Part shown: positions 39,678 to 49,950 of the stretch, one piece after another
How the letters are laid out: every line of letters starts with the position of its first letter
How positions within the stretch are numbered: the stretch's first letter is position 1
Assembly: GCA_038087875.1 (NCBI GenBank)
Contig: CM075988.1
Span: 18,602,001-18,666,000, forward strand
Direction: 5' to 3'
Length of the DNA: 64,000 nt
Source: Malacoraja senta
Lineage: Eukaryota
Notes under the pieces: generated by a model
Database searches by the model: none
What the model saw: only the letters and a program-made list of their open reading frames with translations
Told to the model about the DNA's origin: nothing
Translations under genes and position numbers: made by a program

Positions 39678-40590
39678 CTTCCTTCCATTGAGGGGATCTA
39701 TCGCAGTCGCTGCCTCAAAAAGGCTGGCAGTATCAGCAAGGACCCACACCATCCTGGCCACACACTCATCTCCCCGCTACCTTCAGGTAGAAGGTACAGG
39801 AGCCTGAAGACTGCAACAACCGGGTTCAGGAATAGCTACTTCCCCACAGCCATCAGGCTATTAAACCTGGCTCGGACAAAACTCTGATTATCAATAACCC
39901 ATTATCTGTTATCTGCACTTTATCAGTCTATTTATTCATTTGTGTATATATTTATATTATGGTATATGGACACACTGATGTGTTTTGTAGTAAATGCCTA
40001 CTATGTTCTGTGTGCTGAAGCAAAGCAAGAATTTCATTGTCCTATCAGGGACACATGACAATAAACTCACTTGACTTGACTTGACAATCTGCCATAGGCA
40101 ATGATGGTCCAGTTATATACTGCCATCATAGAGTCTGCCCTCACCTTCTCCATCATGGTCTGGTTTGGCTCAGCCACCAAGCACGACATCCGGAGGTTGT
40201 AGCGCATCGTTCGTTCAGCTGAAAAGGTTATTGGCTGCAACCTTCCCCCCATTGATGAACTGTACACTGCAAGGGCCAGGAAGCGAGCGGGTAAGATCAT
40301 CTCTGACCCCTCTCATCCTGGCCACAAACTATTTGAAGTACTTCCCTCTGGGAGGCGATTCCGGACTGTCAAAGCCTCCCCAGCCTGACATAAAACAGCC
40401 TTTTTCCCATGAGCAGTAGCTCTACTCAACAACCAAAAGTCAAACGTCTGTAGCCTCCTTTTGCTCTGGTAATTTATTTTATTCTTCACGTTTAAATTTA
40501 AATGTTTTATTTTTAATTGTCTACTGTATATCGTGTCGTTATCCTTGCGAGCAAAGCACCAAGGCAAATTCCTTATGCTTGGCGAATAAC
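39678..40590 (+). mobile_element. Rex1/Babar-like LINE 3' fragment nested in a second Rex1-type subfamily
   Basis: 39678-40085 matches 6550-6950. The flanking 39605-39677 and 40086-40590 segments (KKAQQMMYFLWQLRKH | LP.AMMVQLYTAIIESALTFSIMVWFG) join as another Rex1-like ORF. Confidence 0.8.
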
Positions 40591-42724
40591 ATTTATTTTT
40601 TTGTGTGTATGCATGTATGTACATACTCACACACAAAAAATGGACACAAAATGGTGGAGTAACTCAGCAGGACAGGCAGCATCGTTGGAGTAATGCTGGA
40701 GAGAAGGAATGGGTGATGTTTCGAGTCGCGACTACTCACAAATACACAAACGCACACATATTGTGCCTGTCCTGCTGAGTTACTCCAGCATTTTGTGTCT
40801 ATTTTTTTGTGTATTTGTGAGTATATACACACACACTGAACCTTTTTTTTTCTCTATCTCTCTCGTTTATTATATTGTTTCCAGTGTACTATGTTTACAT
40901 ATTCTGTTGTGCTGCTGCAAGTAAGAATTTCATTGTTCTATCTGGGACATATGACAATAAAACACAAGAGTTTTGACTGATGGGAGATCTGGTGCAAGTA
41001 TATAAGATTAGGAGAGGCATAGATAGGGTAGACAGGCAATTGCAGGATGGAAATGTCATAGACCAGTGGGCATAACATTAAGGTGAGAGGGGCAAAGGTT
41101 AAAGGAAACGTGTGAGGCAAGTTTTTACATAGAGGTTGGTGGGTGCCTGGAACACGCTGCCAGGAGTGGTGTTGGAGGCAGATGTACGATCGTGGCGTTT
41201 AAGAGGCTTTTAGATGAGTACGTGGATATGCAGGAAATGGATGGATATGGACTATGAGCAGGCGCAGAGGAGATTAGTTTAACTTGGCATCATGTTGGGC
41301 ACAGACAATGTGGGCTGAAGGGCCTGTTACTGTGCTGTACTATCCTATAGAAACAAACAACAGCAGATGCTGGTTTATACCCAAGATTGACACAAAGTAC
41401 TGGAGTAACTCAGCAGGTCCCAACCTGAAATAACACCCATCGTTTTCCTCCTGAGATGCTGCCTGACCCGCTGAGTTACTCCAAAAGTTTGTGCCTATCT
41501 TCTATCTTCTATCTTCTACATTCTATCTTCTATCTTCTAAGGTTTGTGCTTAGGACATTCTTTGCCATTCTTTGTGGAATTCTTGGCCATTGAAGGCGGT
41601 GGAGGCCGTCAATGGATATTTTTTAAGGCAGAGATAGATAGATCCTTGATTAGTACGGGTGTCAGGAGTTATGGGGAGAAGGCAGGGGAATGGGGTTAGG
41701 AGGGAGAGATAGATCAGCCATGATTGAATGGCGGAGTAGACTTGATGGGCTGAATGGCCTAATTCTGCTTATATTACTTATGACCTTATGAACTTAAGAC
41801 ACAATGGAGTTTGAAGTATAAATAAAATTGTCTAGTTGTCTATCTCTGCCTTAAATATATCCACTGACTTGGCCTCCACAGTCCTCTGTGGCAATGTGTT
41901 CCGCAGATTCACTACCCTCTGACTAAAGCCCTCGCTCTAAGCTCTTTCGTCCGAGACTAAATGTCCTAGCTCTTTCCGTTCCTGCAGTAGTTCCTGCCTC
42001 TTTACTGATGTCGAACATGTTCATAAAAACAAAATCCTTCATGTGAACCATTAATGAGGACTTGAATCCAACACAAGCTCTCTCCAATTAAAGATATCAC
42101 ACCGCATGTAGTATCATGCTAGGTGCAAGGGTTAAAATAATGTGCTCATGCTTGGAGTCTAGGAAGTTACAAGATAATCAGTGGTTTTTATTTAAATAAA
42201 GTTGTTAAAACAGAGTTCAGAAAAAATGCATTATTTATCAAAAAGCTTTTATCTGCTCTCTTGTTTTCAGTGATACATCGCATCTTGTCCTTGGATTTTT
42301 ACATTATGCAACAGTTTTAATGGTGACCACAAATTGGAGGGTGCTGCAAGCAATAATATGGGATTTTTGCAGGGAACTGAGTTTAATGTTAGCAGGTTTT
42401 TTTTGCCACACAGGAAGCAGTGGTTAGGGGATTTACACTGCTGTTAGAACTGCTTGTGGATGACGTATATATTTCTCAAATGCGGACTGAAGTAGTGAGA
42501 AAAGGCTTTTTAAAAGGCAAGGCTGGAGGAAGGAACTGCAGATGCTGGTTTACACCGGATAGACAGAAAAAGCTGGAGTAACTCAATGGGTCAGAGAGCA
42601 TCTCTGGAGAAAAGGAACAGGTGACATTTCAGGTCGAGACGCTTCTTCGAGTCTGAATGTCACCTTTTCTCCAGAGATGCTGTCTGACCCGCTGAGTTAC
42701 TCCAGCTATTTCTGTCTATCCGAC

Positions 42725-43270
42725 CTACCGGCTGCCAACCATTTTAACTCATTCCCATTCCCATACTCACCTTTCTGGCCTGGGCCTCCTCCATTGCCCG
42801 AGTGAGGCCATACACAAAATGGCGGAACAGCACCTCATATTCCACTTGGGAAGCTTACAACCCAATGGTATGAATGTTGAATTTTTCATTTTAAAGTCAC
42901 ACCCTCCCTCCACTCCCCGTCTCTCTTTCGTATGCCCATCCCATCCAGGTGTGCATACAATTTCCCCCCTATCCTGCCCTCCTTTCACCCTCTCCCCCTA
43001 GAGTCCCTTCCACCCTTATCCCTCTCCCCAACTTTACATTTCACTCCTCCTCTCTCCTTATCCTCCTTACGCTCTTCTCTCCTTTTCATCTCTGGCTTTT
43101 GGCCAATCCAACCTCCCTCACCTGTATCCACCTATCACTTGCCAGGCTTTATACCCCCCTCCCCCACCCTCACCTCCCAACATGTCTTTACCAGCTTCCT
43201 CCCCACCCCCACTCCATCAGTCTGTCCAGGTTGTCAGTCCATTCCCTCTACAGATGCTGCCTGACCAGCT
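42725..43270 (+). mobile_element. Older Penelope-like element 3' fragment
   Basis: EQHLIFHLGSLQPNGMNVEF peptide and pyrimidine-rich 3' region. Confidence 0.8.
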
Positions 43271-43639
43271 GTGTGTGCAACAAGAGATAAGTAAGTGCGC
43301 ACTGAAACACGTGAGTGTGTGGACTGTGGCAAAAAGGATTCAGTTACTGACACAGTCAATGTCCCATCCTTGGTTCCCTTCTCATAGAATTAAAGCATCG
43401 TAATTCCATGGATTCTCGCTCGTTCCGGTGAAGGCGCTGTGCTCACGGCAGCCAGCCAACAGTCGCTTGTCTTTTTATATTTTTTTCCACTTTTAATTTA
43501 ATTTTAATTTCAAGTTTTCTTGTACTATGTTGTGTGTTGCGACTGTTGGCAAACCAATTTCCCTCCGGGGATGAATAAAGTTCTATCGTATTGTATCATG
43601 CATCTCAGTTAACTACCTACTGCGATCTTTAAACTCTAA

Positions 43640-44622
43640 CTAGACTAAGTGGGACCCGTTGTGTCCCAGGTTCACACGGGAGGGCTGCTCCTCCAACGCA
43701 ATATTCGACTTCTCCACCAATTCCAATATTGGTGGCCAGCATGGGGGGGGGGGGGGGAGGGGATTTGGAGCGCTAGCACGGGTGTTGTGGGTCAAGTCAA
43801 GTCAAGTCAAGCACAGTGAGTGCAGGGCCAACAATCCATTTCAATCCATTTCATGTCAAGTCAATCCATTTCAAGTCAAGTCAAGCACAGGGCAGGCGGG
43901 GCCATCCAACAATACAATCCATTTGCTTTCATTTCAGGTGAGGTCAAGCAAAGCAAAGGCGAAGCAAAAGCACAGGACAGGCGGGGCCAGCCAACAATAC
44001 AATCCATTTGCTTTTATTTCAGGTGACCTCAAGCAAAGCAAAGCCAAAGCAAAAGCAAAAGCACAGGGCAGACCAATCAACTCATTTCATTTCATTAAGG
44101 GCTAACAAATAATTTATTGCAAGCACATTATGGGTTAACAAATTATCATTCATTGCAAGCACATTGCTGGCTAACAAATCATTTATTGAAAGCACATAAA
44201 TGGTTAACCACATAAAGCACATAACCACATAAACCACATAAAGGGCAGACTCACAGTTCAGTAGACTCACAGTTCAGTAGACTCACAGCAGAATCAGAGT
44301 TGTGGCCTCTCCTTCACGATCTTTCAGAGTGACTGACTCACGTCCAGGCATCCGGCGTTTTATAGTCCTGGCCTCCCCATCGAAGGTGCGTTACCTTCAT
44401 CATCGTGATTGACAGGCGAGAGGACCAATCAGCTGATCTCAAGATTTTTTAAACACTCATAACTTTTTTTATTTTTCATCGATCGGAAAAATCCTCGGGG
44501 CTGCCTCAGCAGAGGAGGACTGTGATGGCCGAAAATCATAGTGATATAGGGTAGCATTATTTCTAAAATCAATATACAGCGCACAAGGGAAGTGGTCAAG
44601 ATGAGACTTTTAATTATATAGA
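43640..44622 (-). mobile_element. Non-autonomous Helitron with internal minisatellites
   Basis: Minus strand begins TC(TATATAATTAAAAG) at 44622 and ends CTAG at 43640. A GGGAC...GTCCC hairpin (43651-43667) sits just inside the 3' end. Inserted between A and T with no TSD. Internal (GTCAA)n, ~70-bp tandem units and AGACTCACAGTTCAGT repeats. Confidence 0.85.
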
Positions 44623-44792
44623 TGGTTGCTGAGATGATCGGAGGCACTGCTTCAAAAATCAGCATCATCAAGGACCCACACCACCCTGGTCACGCTCCGA
44701 TTTCAATCCTGCCATCTGGAAGGAGGTCTACTTGCTTATGGCACGCACAGCCTAAAGTTGTAGCACAACTTGTTCTATTTGATCTATTGTTT

Positions 44793-45280
44793 AAGAGGGA
44801 ACTGCAGATGCTGGAAAATCAAAGGTAGTCGAAAATGCTGGAGAAATTCAGCGGGTGAGGCAGCATCTATGGAGCAAAGGAAATAGGCAACGTTTCGGGT
44901 CGAGACCCTTCTTCAGAGGGTGGGGGGGCGGGAAGAAGAAAGGAAGAGGAGGAGCCAGTGGGCTGAGGGAGAGCTGGGAAAGGGAGGAGAAAGCCGGGAC
45001 TACCTGAAATTAGAGGTCAATGTTCATACCGCTGGGGTGTCAACTGCCCAAGCGAAATATGAGGTGCTGCTCCTCCAATTTACGGTGGACCTCATTCTGG
45101 CCATGGAGGAGGCCCAGGACAGAAAGGTCGGATTTGGAATGGGAGGGGGAGTTGAAGTGCTGAGCCACCGGGAGATCAGGTTGGTTATTGCGGACCGAGC
45201 GGAGGTGTAGGGCGAAGCGATCGCCAAGCCTACGCTTGGTCTCACCGATGTAGAGCAGCTGACACCTAGAGCAGCGGATG
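44793..45280 (-). mobile_element. Penelope-like element fragment (GIY-YIG endonuclease C-terminus plus terminal repeat with hammerhead motif)
   Basis: Minus-strand ORF contains CSRCQLLYIGETKRRLGDRFALHLRSVRNNQPDLPVAQHFNSPSH...RKLEEQHLIFRLGS, typical of Penelope GIY-YIG endonuclease. Hammerhead core at 44889-44916. Confidence 0.85.
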
Positions 45281-45312
45281 TATTTGATATATCTGTTTGT
45301 GCACGTCGGGTT

Positions 45313-45366
45313 GATTGCATTAGTCAAAACAGGGAAGACCACGTGAAGGTTGCAATCTCCCACCCC
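45313..45366 (-). ncRNA. Minimal HDV-like (nested double-pseudoknot) self-cleaving ribozyme at the 5' end of a short retroelement
   Basis: Minus strand reads GGGGUGG(P1) GA GAUUGCA(P2) ACC(P3) UUCACGU(L3) GGU(P3') CUUCCCU(P1') G(P1.1') UUUUGA(vestigial P4) CUAA(J4/2, catalytic C at 45323) UGCAAUC(P2'). P2 is 7/7 Watson-Crick and P3 is 3/3. P1 opens with the canonical G.U wobble but has one U-U mismatch and one extra G.U in this copy. Confidence 0.8.
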
Positions 45367-46221
45367 CTGGAAGGAGGTGCAGGAACCTGAAAACCGTGAC
45401 GTCCAGGTTCAGGACCAGTTTCTTGCCAACAACCATCAAGTTATTGAAGCTGCAAACACTCACTAAAATTCCAACTACAAACTGTCTCGGTTGCAATAGG
45501 AACTTTGGGCTTTAGTTTTGCTTTTCACTAATGCTGGGTTTTTTGTTATTTATTGAACTTCTTTTCCATTTGTTTCTTATGTTATCTCTTGGGTACTGTG
45601 ATTACAGACCTGTTACGCTGCTGCAAGTAAAGATTGCACCGTCCAATTTTGGCACAGATGACAATTAAACACTCTTGACTGGTGATGTACATGGCAACAT
45701 ACAATGGGAAAGTGAACTGTAGATGGCCCCAGTATGGAGCAAGCATATTGGAACAATTACAGTTCTCTTGCATTACTTAGGTATACTTTGCAATCGAAGG
45801 TCTGGAAATAAAATAAGTTAATTATTACCGCACCCATTCAAGCTGCTATTGTAACATTAACAATCTCCACTTCAATTATTTCCTCCGGCATAGAACACTT
45901 TGATTTCTTTGTATTCGGAATTTCTCCTTATCTCTTCCCCTTGCTCGTAATGATAATTTCCACTTATTTTCTCGCTATCCAAGCGGGGAAAATAGTTACC
46001 GTATCAAATTACCTCACTATCTCCATGAACTCAATCCACAGCCGACACACATGTGGCGTTTGCGTGCGCCGTTTACAAGGTGCTCCCGTAACATTATTGA
46101 GGTTTCCTTGTCAGTGCTTCACGCTCATGTTTTCGACCTGCCCGTGGCGAGCCCTGTCAACTGACCTCAGATATCAGCAGCGCCGCAGCTCGGCGCCAAC
46201 CTGGAGCGTGCGCTCTTTTTA

Positions 46222-46300
46222 GGGCGGGCACCTACGGATGTCGAACCGGATGGCATCACCGTGCTGCAGACTTCTGCTGCCTCAAACGCAAGAAAAAGGA
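46222..46300 (+). mobile_element. Second copy of the (AAG)-tailed element end; may extend upstream to about 46040
   Basis: GGGCGGGCACCTACGGATGTCGAACCGGATGGCATCACC is identical in both copies. Confidence 0.7.
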
Positions 46301-46529
46301 GACAAATCCGGGACCTTGGCCACCAAACAAAAGGTCAAGGGTTACTGGCAGGAGTGAACCCCCCCCCCCCCCCTTCTGGCCCGTCTCTAGCCTGCACACC
46401 ATTCAGACCTGGTCTTCACCACCAATCCCTGGACCTCCATCTCTGCCGCACTTAAATCTTGGAACGTCCTCCTCAACACTCCTGTGGTAACATCTTCACC
46501 TGAAGGACTGCAATGGTTCAACATCCCCA

Positions 46530-46830
46530 GGGAGACACGGTGGCTGTAGATCTGCTGCCTTACAGCGCCAGAGACCCGGGTTCAGTCCTGACTAAGGGTG
46601 CTGTCTGTACGGAGTTTGTACGTTCTCCCCGTGACCTGCGTGGGTTTTTTCGGGGATCTTTGGTTTCCTCCCACACTCCGAAGACGTTTGTAGGTTAATT
46701 GGCTTGGTGTAAATGTAAATTACCCCCAGTGTGTGTAGGATAGTGTTAATGTGCGGGGATCGCTGGTCGGTGCAGACTCGGTGGACCAAAGGGCCTGTTT
46801 CCACGCTGTATCTCTAAACTAAACCAAACT
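46530..46830 (+). mobile_element. HE1-like SINE
   Basis: Full-length match. Confidence 0.9.
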
Positions 46831-48264
46831 TCCTTCTTGAGGGCGGTTGCATGCAGGCCTTGATTAAGGATCACAAACCAACAATTAATTTAAGAAGTGC
46901 TCTGGTAAGTTCATTGGTTCATAAGTTCTCGGAGCAGAATTAGGCCATTCTGCCCAACTGATCTATCCTTCCCTCTCAACCCCATTCTCCCCATAACCAC
47001 TGGCACATGCACTAATCAAAAATCTGTCGATCTCCGTCTTAAAAATGTTCATTGACTTGGCCTCCACAGCCATCTGTGGCTAGTGTTCCTTGTCAGAATG
47101 ATACTGGGAAGAGGTGATATAATAATGATTTAGACAGATATATGGATATGAAAGGTTTAGAGGGCTGTGGACAAAATGCTGGCAGATGGGACTAGGCCCG
47201 TATGCCAATTTGGTTGACATGGACAAAGTGGACCAAAGGACTCCATGACTCTATGATTCCAAATGCATATTGAATGGTGAACAGTGTTGAACAAGAGAAG
47301 GGTCCCGACCTGTAATGCCGCATTTCCAATCCCTCCACAGCTGCTGCTTGTCTTCCTGAATTCCTCCAGCACTTTGTGTCTTGACGTAAGTCTGTGTATG
47401 TTCTTTTCTTAAGTACCCACCCCCATCCTCACCTGTTTTGAGTTGGAAAGTTTGCGAGTCAGACACATAATGACCCACACGGTGATATACCCCTTCTGCG
47501 TTTATGGCTGGGAGGTCTGCTCACCAAGTGATTGTAAAAATGAGAGACAGGTTCCAAAAGTCTGTCTTCAAAAATATGTCTACAATTTAACTTTTACTTC
47601 TGAGCGAAGGCAATACCGCATTACATTGAAGATAGATACAAAAAGCTGGAGTAACTCAGCGGGACAGGCAGCATCTCTGGAGAGAAGGAATGGGTGACGT
47701 TTCGGGTCGAGACCCTTCTTCAGACTCAAGTGGCTGTGGTAACCAGTCTGGGTTAAAACATGGTGGTAAAGTCGGAGAGCAGGAGAAATCACAGAGGGGA
47801 AGCAGTGAGAGAGGATGCTGCAGAACTCTCATTGGAGAGAGGTGGAGATCTTCTTCAAAGTAGACATACCATGAGGAGATTTCACAGTGGAGCAGACAAA
47901 ATGTGTAGGAAGGAACTGTAGATGCTGGTTTAACCCAAAGGTAGACACAAAAAGCTGGAGTAACTCAGTGGGACAGGCAGCATCTCTGGAGAGAAGGGAT
48001 GGGTGGCGTTTCGGGTAGAGACCCTTCATTATATAGATTCAGGGAACCAAACCTCAACATTACTTTTTCTATGATTAGTTCTTAAATCTCGTCACGATGT
48101 TCTGGTGTTCTCAAGAGATAAGTTTGCAGAACACAACTGATTTGACTTCCATAGAATTGGATTGGCATAATATCAATTTTGTAATGTCTTCTCACAATTC
48201 GGATAGAAAAGTTTTAGAGGATAATGGACCAGGCAAATAGGACTAGCTCAGATGGATATATTGA

Positions 48265-48772
48265 GATGGAGTGCTGCGAGCAGTTTTGGGCCCAATATCT
48301 GAAGACCAATGAACTGGCATTGGAAAGTTGTCCAGAGGATATTTACAAGAATGATCCCAGGAATGAATGGGCTAACATATGATGAGTGTTTGATTGCACT
48401 GGGCCTGTGCTGGCTGGTGTTTAGGCGCATGAAGGGGGGACCTCATTGAAACTTACCGAATAGTGAAAGGCCTGGAAATAGTGGATGTGGAGAGGATGTT
48501 TCCACTAGTGGGAGAGTCTAGGACCAGAGGCCATAGCCTCAGAATAAAAAGGCGTAACTTCGGAAAGGAGATGAGTAAGAATTTCTTTAGTCAGAGGGTG
48601 GTGAATTCATTGGAATTCGTTGCCACAGAAGGCGGTGAAGGCCAAGTCAGTGGATATTTTTATGGTGGAGATTTACAGATTTTGGATTCGTATGGGTGGC
48701 AGGGGTTATGGGGTGCAGGCAGGAGAATGGGGTTGAGAGGGAAAGATAGATCAGCCATGATTGAATGGTGGA
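48265..48772 (+). mobile_element. CR1-clade LINE 3' fragment (degenerate)
   Basis: MFPLVGESRTRGHSLRIK...FFSQRVVN peptide and the same 3' UTR (GATCAGCCATGATTGAATGG). Confidence 0.85.
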
Positions 48773-49121
48773 ATACATATGTTCTTATTGGTCTGGAGTC
48801 TTATATCGGTCAGATCAGGTAAAGACAGCAGATTCCCTCCCCGAAAGATTTACAAGGATAGGACTCCTGAGCCTAAACCATAGGGAGAGCAGGAGCAGGC
48901 TAGGACATTATTTCTTGGAGCGCAGGAGGCTGAGGGGTGATCCTACAGAGGTGTACAAAATTATGAGGGGAAAAGATAGAGTGAATCTGTTTCTCAGGGT
49001 ATGGGAATTAAGAACCAAAGGACATAGATTTAAGGTGAGAGGGGAAAGATTGAATAGATATCCGAGTGGTATCTTTTTCACACAGAGGGTGGTGGGTATG
49101 TGGAACGAGTTACTAGAGGAC

Positions 49122-49417
49122 AGTACAGTGGTGCAGCAGTAGAGATGCTGCCTCACACCGCCAGAGACCCGGGTTCGATCCTGACTACGGGCGCACGCTC
49201 TCCCTGTGACTGGCTGGAATTTCTTCGGGTGCTCTGGTTTCCTTCCACACTCCAAAGTCGTCTAGATCTGTAGGTTAATTGCCTTTGGTAAAATTGTAAA
49301 TTGGCACTAGTGTGTAGGATAGTGCTAGTGTACGGGGATTGCTGGTCGGAGCGGACTAGGTGAGCTGAAGGGCCTGTTTCTGCACTGTATACATAAAGTC
49401 AATGGTCTAAAGTCTAA
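49122..49417 (+). mobile_element. HE1-like SINE inserted in a CR1 fragment
   Basis: CR1 sequence stops at GAGTTACTAGAGG and resumes at GGAGGTAGTTGAGGC. Confidence 0.85.
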
Positions 49418-49805
49418 AGGAGGTAGTTGAGGCTGGTACCATAACAACATTGAAAAGATATAGTGTTAAAGAAGGAGCTGCAGATGCTGGAAAATCGAAG
49501 GTACACAAAAATGCTGGAGAAACTCAGCGGGTGCAGCAGCATCTATGGAGCGAAGGAAATAGGCAACGCTTTGGGCCGAAACCCTTCTTCAGACTGATAG
49601 GGGGTGGGGAGAAAAAAGGAAAAAAGGCGTTACTGATAGGGGGTGGGGAGAAGGTACATGGATAGAAAAAGGTTTCGAGGGATAAGGGGGCAAATGCGGG
49701 CAGGTGGGACTAGCATTGATGGGGCATCTCAGTCAGCAAGGCCAAGATGGGCAGAAGCGCCTGTCTCTGTGCCGAATGATTCTATGACTGGATGATTCTC
49801 TGACT

Positions 49806-49950
49806 CTAAAGGACATTGTCTTCCAGATGGGGTTTTAATGACAATCTAATAGTACCCTGCTCACAATTAGTGATACAAGCTTTTTATTCCAGATGATTTA
49901 ATTAATTGAATTCAAATTCTCCAGCTGTCATGGTGGGAATACGAATCCAG
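49806..49950 (-). mobile_element. Ancient tRNA-derived SINE remnant; continuation at about 48775-48847
   Basis: Minus strand GGATTCGTATTCCCACCATGACAGCTGG...CCCATCTGG...TGTCCTTT has a B-box-like start and appears to continue as CTTTCGGGGAGGGAATCTGC across about 950 bp of younger inserts. Family recognised from memory only. Confidence 0.5.

Larger units (their letters stand above)
44728..45366 (-). mobile_element. Short non-autonomous non-LTR retroelement (about 140 nt net of its insertion) with ribozyme head, 3' hairpin and degenerate AAG-type tail
   Basis: Exact 12-bp direct repeat CTGGAAGGAGGT at 44716-44727 and 45367-45378. The flanks rejoin as a continuous Rex1/Babar-like sequence. Hairpin AAGTTGT-agc-ACAACTT lies near the 3' end. 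Interrupted by a Penelope fragment at about 44793-45280. Confidence 0.8.

Noticed and set aside
43790..44290. CRISPR-like or stand-alone satellite array
   Set aside because: Units are tandem without unique spacers, and lie inside Helitron termini in a vertebrate genome.
46120..46170. Second HDV-like fold (ACC TGCCCGT GGC GAGCCCT G)
   Set aside because: Spacing resembles P3-L3-P3'-P1', but P1 has only 4 pairs and I found no P2/P2' pair.
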